In this document: piece by piece, positions 19,716 to 29,373 of the stretch | Numbering within the stretch: position 1 is the first letter of the stretch | Layout: each line of letters opens with the position of its first letter | Source of the DNA: a virus | Direction: 5' to 3' (one strand) | Length of the DNA: 64,000 nucleotides | Virus record (IMG/VR): IMGVR_UViG_3300017698_000036 | Coordinates: 64,001 to 128,000 of that record | Translations under genes and position numbers: made by a program | The notes under the pieces: generated by a model | Seen by the model: the letters and a program-made list of their open reading frames with translations, nothing else | Database searches by the model: none | Told to the model about the DNA's origin: nothing

Positions 19716-20588
19716 ATGAATACCGTTATTAGTGTAGGTGAGACCAAACCATTTACAGACTATCTCAATAGTAGCCACAATGGTTTGTACGATTTAATTC
19801 ATATAGGGACCGAGGACTGTTTGTCGTATGGTTTTATAGATGTAGGTGGTATTGAGAAAAGTCATGAACGTTATGAGTCAGATTTTTTATCTACAGCAGG
19901 TGATTATTTGGATAAACTGTCTGGAGATAAGCTCACGTGTGTTGTAACATCTGAAAAACTGGCCGGTCTAGTTATGGTACTGTTGGACACTTTGAGGTCT
20001 AAGTTCAAAAATGTAACTGTGTATTTGGTCTTAAAGGAATCTCGTACGACAGATTACGAGGAGATATTGATAGAAAGACTCAATAAGGGAGTCTTATCTA
20101 ATGTCACAAAGGGAAAAAGACAGTTGGTCGATGAGTTGATGGTTATGTCCCTTGATAGAATGATAGGTGGATCATACTCATTCAGTAAACAGATAGAACA
20201 TTGTGCCAAAGACTTTCACACTATTAATGTATTCAGTCATCATAAACCAGAATACGTTAAGTCCAATATGATGAATTTAGATATGAAGTTGATTAAAAGG
20301 GCCAATGAATTGTCTAAGGTCTCGACAATATATGAGAATTCGTGTATAGGAGAAAAAAAGTTAGAAAATGCATTTTTTTCTCTTGACATGCCAACCAAGA
20401 TTTGCTATTATAGTAGTATAGGGTGTGAATCGGAATTAATCGATGAGGTTAATGAGATTGATAAACTGATGGACACTCTAGACAGTGATACATATTATGT
20501 TTTTGAGATATATAATCTTGGAAATAATACAAATATCTCTGTTATTTCTACTGATCAAGTTCTAGGAGATGATCCTAAGAAAGGTTAA
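19716..20588 (+). CDS. degenerate tubulin/FtsZ (PhuZ)-like protein
   Basis: Rossmann-like order (TVISVG..., CVVTSEKLAG...LL..L, VTVYLV..., FHTINVF, FFSLD..KICYY) and position between PolA-like and SSB genes. The GGGTG(S/T)G signature is absent. Start set by SD GAGGTG. Confidence 0.35.
   Translation: MNTVISVGETKPFTDYLNSSHNGLYDLIHIGTEDCLSYGFIDVGGIEKSHERYESDFLSTAGDYLDKLSGDKLTCVVTSEKLAGLVMVLLDTLRSKFKNVTVYLVLKESRTTDYEEILIERLNKGVLSNVTKGKRQLVDELMVMSLDRMIGGSYSFSKQIEHCAKDFHTINVFSHHKPEYVKSNMMNLDMKLIKRANELSKVSTIYENSCIGEKKLENAFFSLDMPTKICYYSSIGCESELIDEVNEIDKLMDTLDSDTYYVFEIYNLGNNTNISVISTDQVLGDDPKKG
20383..20411 (+). promoter_or_regulatory. sigma70-type promoter (intragenic) upstream of 20594 and LRR copy 1
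   Basis: TTGACA-N17-TATTAT. Confidence 0.45.
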
Positions 20589-20593
20589 CTACA

Positions 20594-20833
20594 ATGTCTA
20601 AATTCAATCATAAATCCGTAACCGATAGAGACTTCGAACCCAGAAAAGGTGAAGAGTTTGACCCTATGAATGCGATCGATCTTGCGATGGAATCTTATGA
20701 CGACCAGAGAGAGAGTGAAAACGCCTGTAGTGCCAAGAATCTCAACAGACATGCGAAAAAACTTCGTAACGTATTCACTGATGAGTATGGTATGATTTGT
20801 GATCCAACAGACGGAAAGTGGGTAGAATGTTAG
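20594..20833 (+). CDS. hypothetical protein
   Basis: 79-aa ORF with SD-like AAGG; its end overlaps the LRR copy 1 start. Confidence 0.5.
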   Translation: MSKFNHKSVTDRDFEPRKGEEFDPMNAIDLAMESYDDQRESENACSAKNLNRHAKKLRNVFTDEYGMICDPTDGKWVEC

Positions 20834-21240
20834 TAACAGCCAAACATATATTCGATGAACCCAAGATCTATCCATGGGATGTATTGGATTGGGCCGAGGA
20901 AGGACAGGTCGAATATGAAGTTGACTTGTATCTCAGAAATACCGATATAACCCACCTACCTGATAACATGACGGTCAATGGTTATTTAAATCTCTACAGT
21001 ACCAATATAACTCAACTACCTAAAGATCTACATGTTGGTGGCAACTTGTATCTCAATGATACCAACATAACTCAACTACCTAAAGATCTACATGTTGGAT
21101 ATCATTTAGTTCTCTACGGTACCAATATGGCTCAATTACCTGAAGGTCTGTATGTTGGTGGTAATTTACATCTTGGGCACGATGACAATATTAAGATTCC
21201 TGATTCTGTGGTCATAAAAGGTACAATTTGGCGTACTTGA
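20827..21240 (+). CDS. 20-aa LRR family protein, copy 1 (HIFDE/YPWD N-terminus)
   Basis: MLVTAKHIFDEPKIYPWDVLDW..EGQ, then repeats of L..TNITxLPxxLxVGGxLx. Confidence 0.8.
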   Translation: MLVTAKHIFDEPKIYPWDVLDWAEEGQVEYEVDLYLRNTDITHLPDNMTVNGYLNLYSTNITQLPKDLHVGGNLYLNDTNITQLPKDLHVGYHLVLYGTNMAQLPEGLYVGGNLHLGHDDNIKIPDSVVIKGTIWRT

Positions 21241-21262
21241 AAAAATTAATTTAAAATAATCC

Positions 21263-21291
21263 TTGACAATAAGAAAAATATATGGTATAAC
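21263..21291 (+). promoter_or_regulatory. sigma70-type promoter upstream of SSB
   Basis: TTGACA-N17-TATAAC with an AT-rich UP element. Confidence 0.75.
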
Positions 21292-21351
21292 TATAATAGA
21301 GGTAAAAACAGATTGTCTAACAATAAAGATAAAAAGGGAGAGCAAGAGGGG

Positions 21352-21483
21352 TTGAGTAATGTAAAATTCATTATTATAACGATTGTTTTCGTTATATTAG
21401 TGTTTTTATTGAATTATATTAATAAATTTAGTAACGAGGAATATGTGGTTAAACATGTTATTCCAGAAAGTGTAGGTAGATAA
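21352..21483 (+). CDS. small membrane protein (43 aa, absent from ORF track)
   Basis: TTG after GAGGGG; translates MSNVKFIIITIVFVILVFLLNYINKFSNEEYVVKHVIPESVGR. Confidence 0.45.
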   Translation: MSNVKFIIITIVFVILVFLLNYINKFSNEEYVVKHVIPESVGR

Positions 21484-21502
21484 ACACATAAGGAGAAAAA
21501 AT

Positions 21503-22249
21503 ATGAAGATTGATATGGCTAAAATGAAGGCAGCTTTCAACAGACTTAATGGTAAAGGCGGATCTGGTGTTTGGTATAAGGCAACCGATGGAGATCAAAT
21601 TAGAATCTTACCAACCGATGATGGAGTACCCCTCAAAGAGTATTTCTTTCACTACAATGTTGGTGATAAGGGGTTTCTGTGTCCCAAGAGAAATTATCAT
21701 CAGGACTGTCCTGTGTGCGATTTCGTAAGTGAGTTATTCAATTCCGGTGAAGAGGACGAGAAGGAATTTGCAAAAAATATCATGGCCAAGCCCAGATATC
21801 ACAGTATCGTCGCCGTTAGAGGTAAGGAGGGTGACGGTCCCAAGATCTGGGCCTACTCTCCAACAGTATTCAAGTCCATCTTTGGTCTTATGTTGGATGA
21901 AGAGGATTTCGGGGATATAACAGCCGTAGAGTCCGGTAACGATCTTAAGGTTTCTGTTGGTAAACAAAAAGGTCAGAAATATGCAATGGCCACAGTAAGT
22001 CCTAAGCCTACTAAAACCCCATTATCTAAATCAACCAGTGGAAGCCTGAAGGATGACGTAATTGATGTCCTTCTACGGGAGCAACCAGTCGTTCTAGACT
22101 ATTTAGATAAACTTACTTCTGAAGAGGTAGGACTTAGACTCAAACAGTTGGTAGGTAAGGAAAAAGAGACTCAGGTTGAGGTTAATACCGCCAAATCTGG
22201 ATCCATTGATGAGAAGAAGAAAGAGATCGACGAGTTTCTAAATCAATAG
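21503..22249 (+). CDS. single-stranded DNA-binding protein (T4 gp32-like)
   Basis: QIRILP, FFHY, CP...(H)..CPVC zinc site, PRYHSIV, GP.IW.Y..TVF, DIT....G.D; strong SD AAGGAG. Confidence 0.85.
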   Translation: MKIDMAKMKAAFNRLNGKGGSGVWYKATDGDQIRILPTDDGVPLKEYFFHYNVGDKGFLCPKRNYHQDCPVCDFVSELFNSGEEDEKEFAKNIMAKPRYHSIVAVRGKEGDGPKIWAYSPTVFKSIFGLMLDEEDFGDITAVESGNDLKVSVGKQKGQKYAMATVSPKPTKTPLSKSTSGSLKDDVIDVLLREQPVVLDYLDKLTSEEVGLRLKQLVGKEKETQVEVNTAKSGSIDEKKKEIDEFLNQ

Positions 22250-22327
22250 TAGGATAATCGTTTCTTATATATTAACTTAGCTTAACATTTTTTTATTTCA
22301 ATATACAATTAGGAGAAAAGAGGGACG

Positions 22328-23497
22328 ATGGCTAGAAAGACTAAAACTAGTAGTAAGAATACGTCCGGTATGAGTTTTAGAGAGAAGTACGCAAAGAAAC
22401 ATGGTGCCCTCTCTACGTCTGAAAACAGTGCGGTTGATATGTGGATTCCAACTGGTTCAAGATGGTTGGATTCCATTATTAACGCAGGATCAATGGCCGG
22501 CATTCCCACAGGTAAGATTACCGAGCTGGCAGGGGAGGAGTCAACCGGTAAGTCGTATTTGGGTATGCAGATTGCAAAAAACGCTTTAGATATGGGCCTG
22601 ATGGTAGTATATCTGGACTCTGAGTCTACATATGATGACACTTTCATGGAAAAGGTTGGGATAGACCCAGAGAATGAAAGGTTTATTCACGCACCAGCCG
22701 GAACAGTAGAGAACGTGTTTGAGGTTATAGACGATATGACTAAGGAGGCTATCGAGGCCGAGACCAGGGTTGTTGTTATATGGGACTCAGTGGCCAATAC
22801 ACCTTCAAAGGTAGAGATGGCAGGAGACTTCAACCCCAACTCATCCGTGGCCGTAACCCCTAGAATTATTTCATTGGGGTTCAAAAAACTAACTCAGACG
22901 ATGGGACAGACTAAGACCACGTTGATTTGTTTGAATCAACTTAAAACTAAAATTCATACCGGACCCAATGCACATATTGCGGCAATGTTGGATCCATGGA
23001 GTGCCCCAGGGGGGAAAGGTATACCTTATAACGCTTCGATGAGAATATGGCTAACCAAGAGAAAGTCCAAATCTTCATTTGTTTATGACGACAATGGATA
23101 CAGGATTGGATCCGAGGTTAAATGTACTATCAAGAAGTCACGGTTTGGTAGTGAGGGACGTGTTTGTACGTTTAAGATCCTTTGGGGAGGGGATGAGGTC
23201 CGTGTTGCCGATGAAGAGAGTTGGTTTGAGGCTCTTAAGACATCTGATAGTCTTTCGGTTGGTGCATGGTGTAATCTTCTCGACACTGACGGTAATGTCA
23301 TTGGAGGTCAGTTTAGATCGAAAGATTGGTTAAAGAAGCTTGAGGATCCTGCGTTTAGAGCACGCGTGGAAGAGTTGATGGACGAGGAGGTTATATACAA
23401 ATTCCACTCTAGGAAAGGTAAGGCTAGTGATTATTATACATTGGAAGATGATCGGGAGGGGGAACATCCTATTGAACCGACCATAGAAGAGGATTAA
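22328..23497 (+). CDS. recA: RecA/UvsX recombinase
   Basis: IPTGS..LD, G.ITELAGEESTGKS (Walker A), VVIWDSVA (Walker B), NQLK, PGGKG..Y.AS.RI.L. Confidence 0.95.
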   Translation: MARKTKTSSKNTSGMSFREKYAKKHGALSTSENSAVDMWIPTGSRWLDSIINAGSMAGIPTGKITELAGEESTGKSYLGMQIAKNALDMGLMVVYLDSESTYDDTFMEKVGIDPENERFIHAPAGTVENVFEVIDDMTKEAIEAETRVVVIWDSVANTPSKVEMAGDFNPNSSVAVTPRIISLGFKKLTQTMGQTKTTLICLNQLKTKIHTGPNAHIAAMLDPWSAPGGKGIPYNASMRIWLTKRKSKSSFVYDDNGYRIGSEVKCTIKKSRFGSEGRVCTFKILWGGDEVRVADEESWFEALKTSDSLSVGAWCNLLDTDGNVIGGQFRSKDWLKKLEDPAFRARVEELMDEEVIYKFHSRKGKASDYYTLEDDREGEHPIEPTIEED

Positions 23498-23508
23498 TTT
23501 TTTAAACT

Positions 23509-23528
23509 AAGGGTCCGTAAGGGCCCTT
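23509..23528 (+). terminator. terminator-like hairpin after recA
   Basis: AAGGGTCC-GTAA-GGGCCCTT (GNRA loop) followed by ctttat. Confidence 0.6.
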
Positions 23529-23534
23529 CTTTAT

Positions 23535-24521
23535 ATGGAGAGTAGATATAGGATGAGAAAGTTATATATAGATGGAAATAACACTTTTATTCGTCATTAC
23601 ACAGTCAATCCTGGTTTGAATGTTGATGGGTACCCTGTAGGCGGTATATTCGGTTTTCTTAGAGACGTGGGGAACCTTATGCACCTTAGTAGTCCGGATG
23701 AGGTGGTGATAGTCTGGGATGGTGAGGGTGGATCGGTAAAGAAACGTAAGATAATGAAGGAGTATAAGGAGGGACGTAAAGCTGTTTCTGGACCTAAACT
23801 AAATCGGGAGTATGAACTAGATCCGGGTGATGAAAAGTTAAACAGGTTCTTTCAAATGGATAAGTTGAAAGAGTATTTGGATTACACACCTATTAAACAG
23901 GTGGAGTTGGATGGTATAGAGGCTGATGATATCTTGGCTTATTTAGTTCAAAGGGACGCACGTAAGGGTCATAAGTGTGTGATCGTAAGTATGGATAAGG
24001 ACTTCTTACAGTTGGTTGACAGTAATGTTGTCATTTATAGACCTGTGAAAAAGGATGTATATACCGTTGATAAATTAGTAGAAGACTACGGTATCAGACC
24101 CAGAAACTTCGCTCTATATCGTTCTATGTTGGGTAAGGGAGATAAGAGCGACAATATAAAAGGAATTCAGGGAGTGGGAGAAAAGACATTTCTTAAGTTC
24201 TTTCCTATGTTCTCGGAAGATCGTGATGTGAATATAAATGAGGTGGTTGATTTCTGTCGTACTAATAGAAAGAAGTCTGTAAAATACGAAAGATGTGTAC
24301 AGGGATCGAATATTATAACACGTAATTATAGATTATCACAACTTTATTCCCCAATGATAGGGTCTGATAAGGTTTTAGAGTTAGAGTCTCAACTAGATGA
24401 CAATGATGGTAATTTTCAACATCACAATCTTATAATGTTGTTTAGAAAGGACGGGTTTCCCTTTATTGATGGTTTAGATAAGGCTTTTAGATACTTGAAG
24501 GGAATCGCGAAGAATTATTGA
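23535..24521 (+). CDS. 5'-3' exonuclease / flap endonuclease (T4 RNase H-like)
   Basis: LYIDGNN, VWDG, YK.GR, EADD, IVSMDKDFLQLV, GDKSDNIKGIQGVGEKT. An alternative start exists at 23553. Confidence 0.92.
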   Translation: MESRYRMRKLYIDGNNTFIRHYTVNPGLNVDGYPVGGIFGFLRDVGNLMHLSSPDEVVIVWDGEGGSVKKRKIMKEYKEGRKAVSGPKLNREYELDPGDEKLNRFFQMDKLKEYLDYTPIKQVELDGIEADDILAYLVQRDARKGHKCVIVSMDKDFLQLVDSNVVIYRPVKKDVYTVDKLVEDYGIRPRNFALYRSMLGKGDKSDNIKGIQGVGEKTFLKFFPMFSEDRDVNINEVVDFCRTNRKKSVKYERCVQGSNIITRNYRLSQLYSPMIGSDKVLELESQLDDNDGNFQHHNLIMLFRKDGFPFIDGLDKAFRYLKGIAKNY

Positions 24522-24533
24522 TGGAGTAGTATT

Positions 24534-24758
24534 ATGGAGTCTAGATGTCCCTACTGTAGAGAGATATATTGGAAGATATTTGTACAACGACCCTTTAAGG
24601 TTATTATAGATGGAGTACTTGAGACTGTGAATTTTGACAATGTACCTTATTGTCGATTTTGTAAGAGAGATGTACTGGAGATTAAACATATCATAATGGT
24701 AGAGAACTATCTGGATAAGAAATATAACGGTAAGGCTATATGGAGGAGAGATGAGTAA
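24534..24758 (+). CDS. small zinc-ribbon protein
   Basis: CPYC...CRFC, 74 aa. Confidence 0.55.
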   Translation: MESRCPYCREIYWKIFVQRPFKVIIDGVLETVNFDNVPYCRFCKRDVLEIKHIIMVENYLDKKYNGKAIWRRDE

Positions 24759-26592
24759 CGCAAACGGTGGTATGGTAAACTTTGCCAATTTCGGTACTAA
24801 GTTTCAAAGAAAATTAGGACAGGTTATGTTTGAGGAACATCTCTTCGCAGATCAGATGTTTGAGGTACTGGAGAATGAGTTCTTTACCGTTGGTTACGTT
24901 AGAGAGTTTATTAGATCCATAAAGGACTACAAGGAGAAATATGGAGTATTTCCCTCGTATGATATAATGGATACCGTTATAACAACTCAGATGGATGATA
25001 TGTCTGACATTGTTAAAAAACAGGTAATGGAATATTTCACCGATATGAAGAGTTCTGTTGTACAGGATAAGGAGTTCATAAAGGGAAATAGTTTAGACTT
25101 CTGTAAAAGACAAGCCTTAAAAAGGGCCCTCCTAGAGGTGGTGGGTTCGGTTGAGTCTGGTTCGTATGAAGATGCAGCCCGTACAATTGAATCCGCCCTG
25201 GCCTTGGGATCGAACAGAGATATGGGTCATACCATTATTGATGACTTCGAGGCCAGATATATGTTACAGCCAAGAGTACCAATACCCACAGGACAGAAGG
25301 CCTTGGATGATCTTATCGGTGGTGGATTGGCTAAGAAGGAGTTCGGTATTTTCGTTGGTGGAACAGGATGCCACGCTAGGGGGGCGGAGATCATGTTGTA
25401 TAGTGGTGATACACTATTGGTGGAGGATGTTAGGGTCGGTGAACTCCTCATGGGCCCTGATGGAAGAAGTAGGGTGGTTACGAGATTGTATAGAGGTACC
25501 TCTGACATGTATAGAATTACACCTGATGTAGGTAAATCTTTTGTGGTCAACGGAGAACATATACTGTCCTTAAAACACTATAAGACTGGTAAGGTGGTGA
25601 ATTTAAGTGTCAATGCTTACCGTGATAGGAACGATGAGTTTAAGTCTATTTATAAATTGTACAAGGTTATAATTGATAGGGATTTGGGAGACGAATTTAT
25701 TGATCGTCAACCAAGTAAGGATTCTCTATTATCAGATTTCAGACTAAGCTCAGAGGGGAGGGATGACTTTTTTGGGTTTAATCTTTCTGGTGATCATCTA
25801 TATTTGATGTCTGATTTCACAGTCACACACAACTCAGGCAAGAGTATTCAAATGGTTAATTTCGCTACTGATGCTATTTTGAACGGATATAATGTAATTT
25901 ATTATACCTTAGAACTTCAAGACAGTGTGGTGGGTAAAAGGTTTGATAGTTGTATAACTGGATTCCCTATGAGTGAGTTAGACAGCAACAAGGAGTTTGT
26001 ATATCAGGGTTTATCGGACAAGGTAACCGGTAAATTGATAATCAAAGAGTATCCGCCTGGTTACTGTACTGTGGCTATGATGAAGAATCATATTGAGAAA
26101 ACGTCTAGAACCCTGTTCAAGCCGGATTTAATCATTGTGGATTATGCTGATATTATGAAGGTGGTGGTCAGTAAGGGAGATTCGCGATATGATGCATTGG
26201 GATCCCTATATACTGAATTGAGGGGAATCGCCTCTCATTACAATGTGGCTTTATGGACAGTATCTCAGGTTAACAGAACCGGGTACTCTTCTGAGTTAGT
26301 ATCGGTTGATAATTTAAGCGACGCGTTCAATAAGGCCTTCATTGCCGATTTAATTGTGACTCTACAGAGAAGCCCTGCACAAAAACAAAAGAATGAGGCG
26401 ACATTCTTCTTGGCTAAAAATCGTAATGGTCCTGACGGTATAATACTTAAGGGACGGGTTAATCCTGGATGTATGCAGGTTAATATTGATGGTGAGAAGT
26501 CGTTTGAGGAACATAGTACTGACCAGAAGGACCTACAGAAGGACCTTAAGGATAGGATATTCAATAAATTCTCCAATCTCAAGAATTCTTAA
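24751..26592 (+). CDS. dnaB: DnaB-like replicative helicase (gp41-like) containing an intein
   Basis: IPTG...LD..IGGG, split Walker A GGTG/SGKS, YYTLEL, IIVDYADI, WTVSQVNR, KNRNGPDG. Confidence 0.93.
   Translation: MSNANGGMVNFANFGTKFQRKLGQVMFEEHLFADQMFEVLENEFFTVGYVREFIRSIKDYKEKYGVFPSYDIMDTVITTQMDDMSDIVKKQVMEYFTDMKSSVVQDKEFIKGNSLDFCKRQALKRALLEVVGSVESGSYEDAARTIESALALGSNRDMGHTIIDDFEARYMLQPRVPIPTGQKALDDLIGGGLAKKEFGIFVGGTGCHARGAEIMLYSGDTLLVEDVRVGELLMGPDGRSRVVTRLYRGTSDMYRITPDVGKSFVVNGEHILSLKHYKTGKVVNLSVNAYRDRNDEFKSIYKLYKVIIDRDLGDEFIDRQPSKDSLLSDFRLSSEGRDDFFGFNLSGDHLYLMSDFTVTHNSGKSIQMVNFATDAILNGYNVIYYTLELQDSVVGKRFDSCITGFPMSELDSNKEFVYQGLSDKVTGKLIIKEYPPGYCTVAMMKNHIEKTSRTLFKPDLIIVDYADIMKVVVSKGDSRYDALGSLYTELRGIASHYNVALWTVSQVNRTGYSSELVSVDNLSDAFNKAFIADLIVTLQRSPAQKQKNEATFFLAKNRNGPDGIILKGRVNPGCMQVNIDGEKSFEEHSTDQKDLQKDLKDRIFNKFSNLKNS
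25369..25833 (+). mobile_element. mini-intein (155 aa) in the DnaB P-loop
   Basis: Starts CHARG, has block B VNGEHIL and ends VTHN followed by Ser+1. Removal restores GGTGSGKS. No LAGLIDADG domain. Confidence 0.92.
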
Positions 26593-26836
26593 GTCGATCT
26601 CCGTAGAGGTACCAAATTTACATTCTGACGTACTTTTACCATCATTGATGTAAAGACACTAGTCATAGAAATAAACGTCAAAATGACCACTAAAAATTAG
26701 TTTAAAGGGTGTATTGATATTAATTCGGATAAATGGTTTGGTTTCGGAAATTTACCAACATATGTCATAATTAATTGTTACGCGGAGGCCGAATTGTTAA
26801 CAGACTATAATAAGTTTTTATAAAATAGGAGATATA

Positions 26837-29248
26837 ATGGGAATGATCTATACGGAAGAACGGGTACGTGAGGCTACATTAAGTTACTTTGACGGAGATG
26901 AGTTGGCAACTAACGTCTTTATGTCAAAGTATTGTTTGAGAGATAGAGTGGGTAATTTTTTAGAGTTAACCCCTGATGATATGCATCGGAGAATGGCGAA
27001 GGAGTTTTACAAGGCGGAGAGTGTCTACGGATCCTACATGACCGAGGAAGAGATCTATAACCTATTTAAGGACTTTAGATATATAGTGCCGGGAGGTTCT
27101 ATCATGTCTGGGTTGGGTGATGACGGTAGGTTGGTTAGTTTGAGTAACTGTACGGTTATTAAACCCCCCGAAGACAGTATAACCAGTATTATGGACACTG
27201 GTAGAGACATGGCCAATCTATTTAAGGCAAGGTGTGGAGTTGGAACTGACTTATCTCAATTAAGACCACATGGATATAGGGTTAATAATAGTGCGAAGTC
27301 ATCTACGGGTGCTTGGTCTTTTGCAAACTACTATTCTGAGGTCACCAAGTCTATCGGACAATCTGGTCGCCGTGGAGCTCTTATGGTGTCCATGGATGTG
27401 TCTCATCCGGATATATTCAAGTTTGTTACATGTAAGAAGGATCTGTCTAAAGTAACTGGTGCCAATATAAGTGTTAAGATTGATGACGAGTTTATGATGG
27501 CTGTCATGAATGATGATAAATATATGTTGAGGTGGAAAGAGTGCGAGGTCGAGATAGACGCTCTGGAACTTTGGAACACGATCGTCTCTACGGCTACCAC
27601 GACGGCCGAACCCGGTATTCTGTTTTGGGATCATCATCTAGATTATAACCCAACTAGTGTATACGATGAGTTAAGGCCTTGCGGAACCAACCCCTGCGGC
27701 GAACTTCCTCTGTCCGATGGTGATGCCTGTAGGTTAATGGCCTGTAATCTGGTTCATTTTGTCGAAAACCCATTTACCGACAAAGCCAGATTTAATTATG
27801 AAGAACTTAGAGACAGATTCACGAAGTTGACACGTCTAGGTGATGACTTGGTCGATCTTGAGTTGGATAAAATAAAATTGATCATGGATAAGGCTCGAGC
27901 CGAAGGTGACGTCGGAGTATTGTCTTTGTGGGACAAGTTCTTAAAGAAAGGTGAGCAGGGAAGACGACTGGGACTGGGTGTATTGGGTTTGGCCGACACC
28001 CTAGCCAGTCTGAAATTGAGATACGATTCAAATCTGGCCATAACGGAGGTCGATAAGATATTTAAGACAATCTTAGAGACCACCTATGAGACATCTATCC
28101 AGTTGGCCAAGGAAAGAGGTCCGTTCCCCCTGTTCGATTGGGAAAAAGAAAAGGATAATGAGTTTATAAAGTCGTTACCTCAAAAGATAAGACACGATAT
28201 GGCTCAATACGGTAGAAGGAACAGTACTTTGTTAACATGTGCACCCACCGGTTCTGGAAGTCTACTGGCCAAAGTATCATCGGGAATCGAACCAGTATTT
28301 CAAAATGATTATAAGAGAAGAAGAAAACTGGACAGTTCGGTAACCGGAGAGGGTATCATTACAATGGCCGATGGACAGAAGTTCGAGGAGTACGTGGTAT
28401 ATCATCACAACGTTCAGGACTTTATCAATAATCATAACAACGGTGATAAGGAACTCCCAGACTACTTTGTAACATCTGCGGATATAGATTGGCGTCAAAG
28501 AGTTAAGATTCAAGCTACAATTCAAAGATATATTGACAGTTCCATCAGTTCTACTATAAATCTCCCTAGAGGTACTTCGTCCAGTGTTGTGGGTGATATT
28601 TACCTAGAGGCCTGGAAGCAAAAACTGAAAGGTGTCACTGTGTATGTGGAAGGATCCAGAGAGGGAGTCCTAGTTGCTACTGATACAGAGGAAGAACGAA
28701 AATACCACGATCCCATCAGACGACCAGATGAGTTGGAGTGTGAGATACATCATACGTCTGTTAAGGGTGAGAAGTGGGTAGTGTTCGTGGGAATGTTGAA
28801 TGACAAACCCTATGAGGTATTTGGTGGTTTAAGTGAGTATATTGATTTGAGTAAGAAGTACACAAGCGGCCATATCGTGAAGAGAACCTACAAGACTAAA
28901 CACAACAGGTACGACTTGATAATCAATAAGGATCGAGAGGACGAAATTACTATTAAGAATATTGTTAAAATGTTTGAAAACCCCAACCATGGTGTTCTGG
29001 GAAGATTAATCAGTCTGTCTCTGAGACATGGTGCTCGTTCTGCATACGTAACCGATCAACTATTCAAGGATACTGAATTTGACTTTACAACCTATAGTAA
29101 AGTGATGGGTCGAATTCTGAAGAAGTATATCGGTGACGGAGAGGAGCCGGAGACGGAAGAGCACTGTAAAGATTGTGGTGGTAAGATGATATTCCAGGGA
29201 GGCTGTAAAGAGTGCGAGGGTTGTGGAAATTCGTACTGTTCCGGTTAA
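26837..29248 (+). CDS. nrdJ: class II (adenosylcobalamin-dependent) ribonucleotide reductase
   Basis: PGGSI, LSNC, TNPCGE, R.LGLG..GLAD, CAPTGS, SGIEP, IDSSISSTINLP and a C-terminal Zn ribbon. No small-subunit gene nearby. Confidence 0.92.
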   Translation: MGMIYTEERVREATLSYFDGDELATNVFMSKYCLRDRVGNFLELTPDDMHRRMAKEFYKAESVYGSYMTEEEIYNLFKDFRYIVPGGSIMSGLGDDGRLVSLSNCTVIKPPEDSITSIMDTGRDMANLFKARCGVGTDLSQLRPHGYRVNNSAKSSTGAWSFANYYSEVTKSIGQSGRRGALMVSMDVSHPDIFKFVTCKKDLSKVTGANISVKIDDEFMMAVMNDDKYMLRWKECEVEIDALELWNTIVSTATTTAEPGILFWDHHLDYNPTSVYDELRPCGTNPCGELPLSDGDACRLMACNLVHFVENPFTDKARFNYEELRDRFTKLTRLGDDLVDLELDKIKLIMDKARAEGDVGVLSLWDKFLKKGEQGRRLGLGVLGLADTLASLKLRYDSNLAITEVDKIFKTILETTYETSIQLAKERGPFPLFDWEKEKDNEFIKSLPQKIRHDMAQYGRRNSTLLTCAPTGSGSLLAKVSSGIEPVFQNDYKRRRKLDSSVTGEGIITMADGQKFEEYVVYHHNVQDFINNHNNGDKELPDYFVTSADIDWRQRVKIQATIQRYIDSSISSTINLPRGTSSSVVGDIYLEAWKQKLKGVTVYVEGSREGVLVATDTEEERKYHDPIRRPDELECEIHHTSVKGEKWVVFVGMLNDKPYEVFGGLSEYIDLSKKYTSGHIVKRTYKTKHNRYDLIINKDREDEITIKNIVKMFENPNHGVLGRLISLSLRHGARSAYVTDQLFKDTEFDFTTYSKVMGRILKKYIGDGEEPETEEHCKDCGGKMIFQGGCKECEGCGNSYCSG

Positions 29249-29291
29249 TATCCCCACTTTCTTTCCTTTCTAATAATTCTTAAAATAATAC

Positions 29292-29319
29292 TTGACAATT
29301 GAATAAAATGGGGTATAAC
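29292..29319 (+). promoter_or_regulatory. sigma70-type promoter, same family as 32262 and 62461
   Basis: TTGACA-attgaataaaatgggg-TATAAC (16-nt spacer) followed by taag. Confidence 0.75.
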
Positions 29320-29373
29320 TAAGGTATTGGTGGACTAACAATTTTCACCGTTAACATAGGAAGGATTTAAAAT

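Noticed and set aside
26593-26836. Cobalamin riboswitch or NrdR box upstream of nrdJ
   Set aside because: No B12-box words (GCCACTG, GGGAAG...) are visible, and the best NrdR-like match (ACACTAGTCATAGAAA) has too many mismatches.
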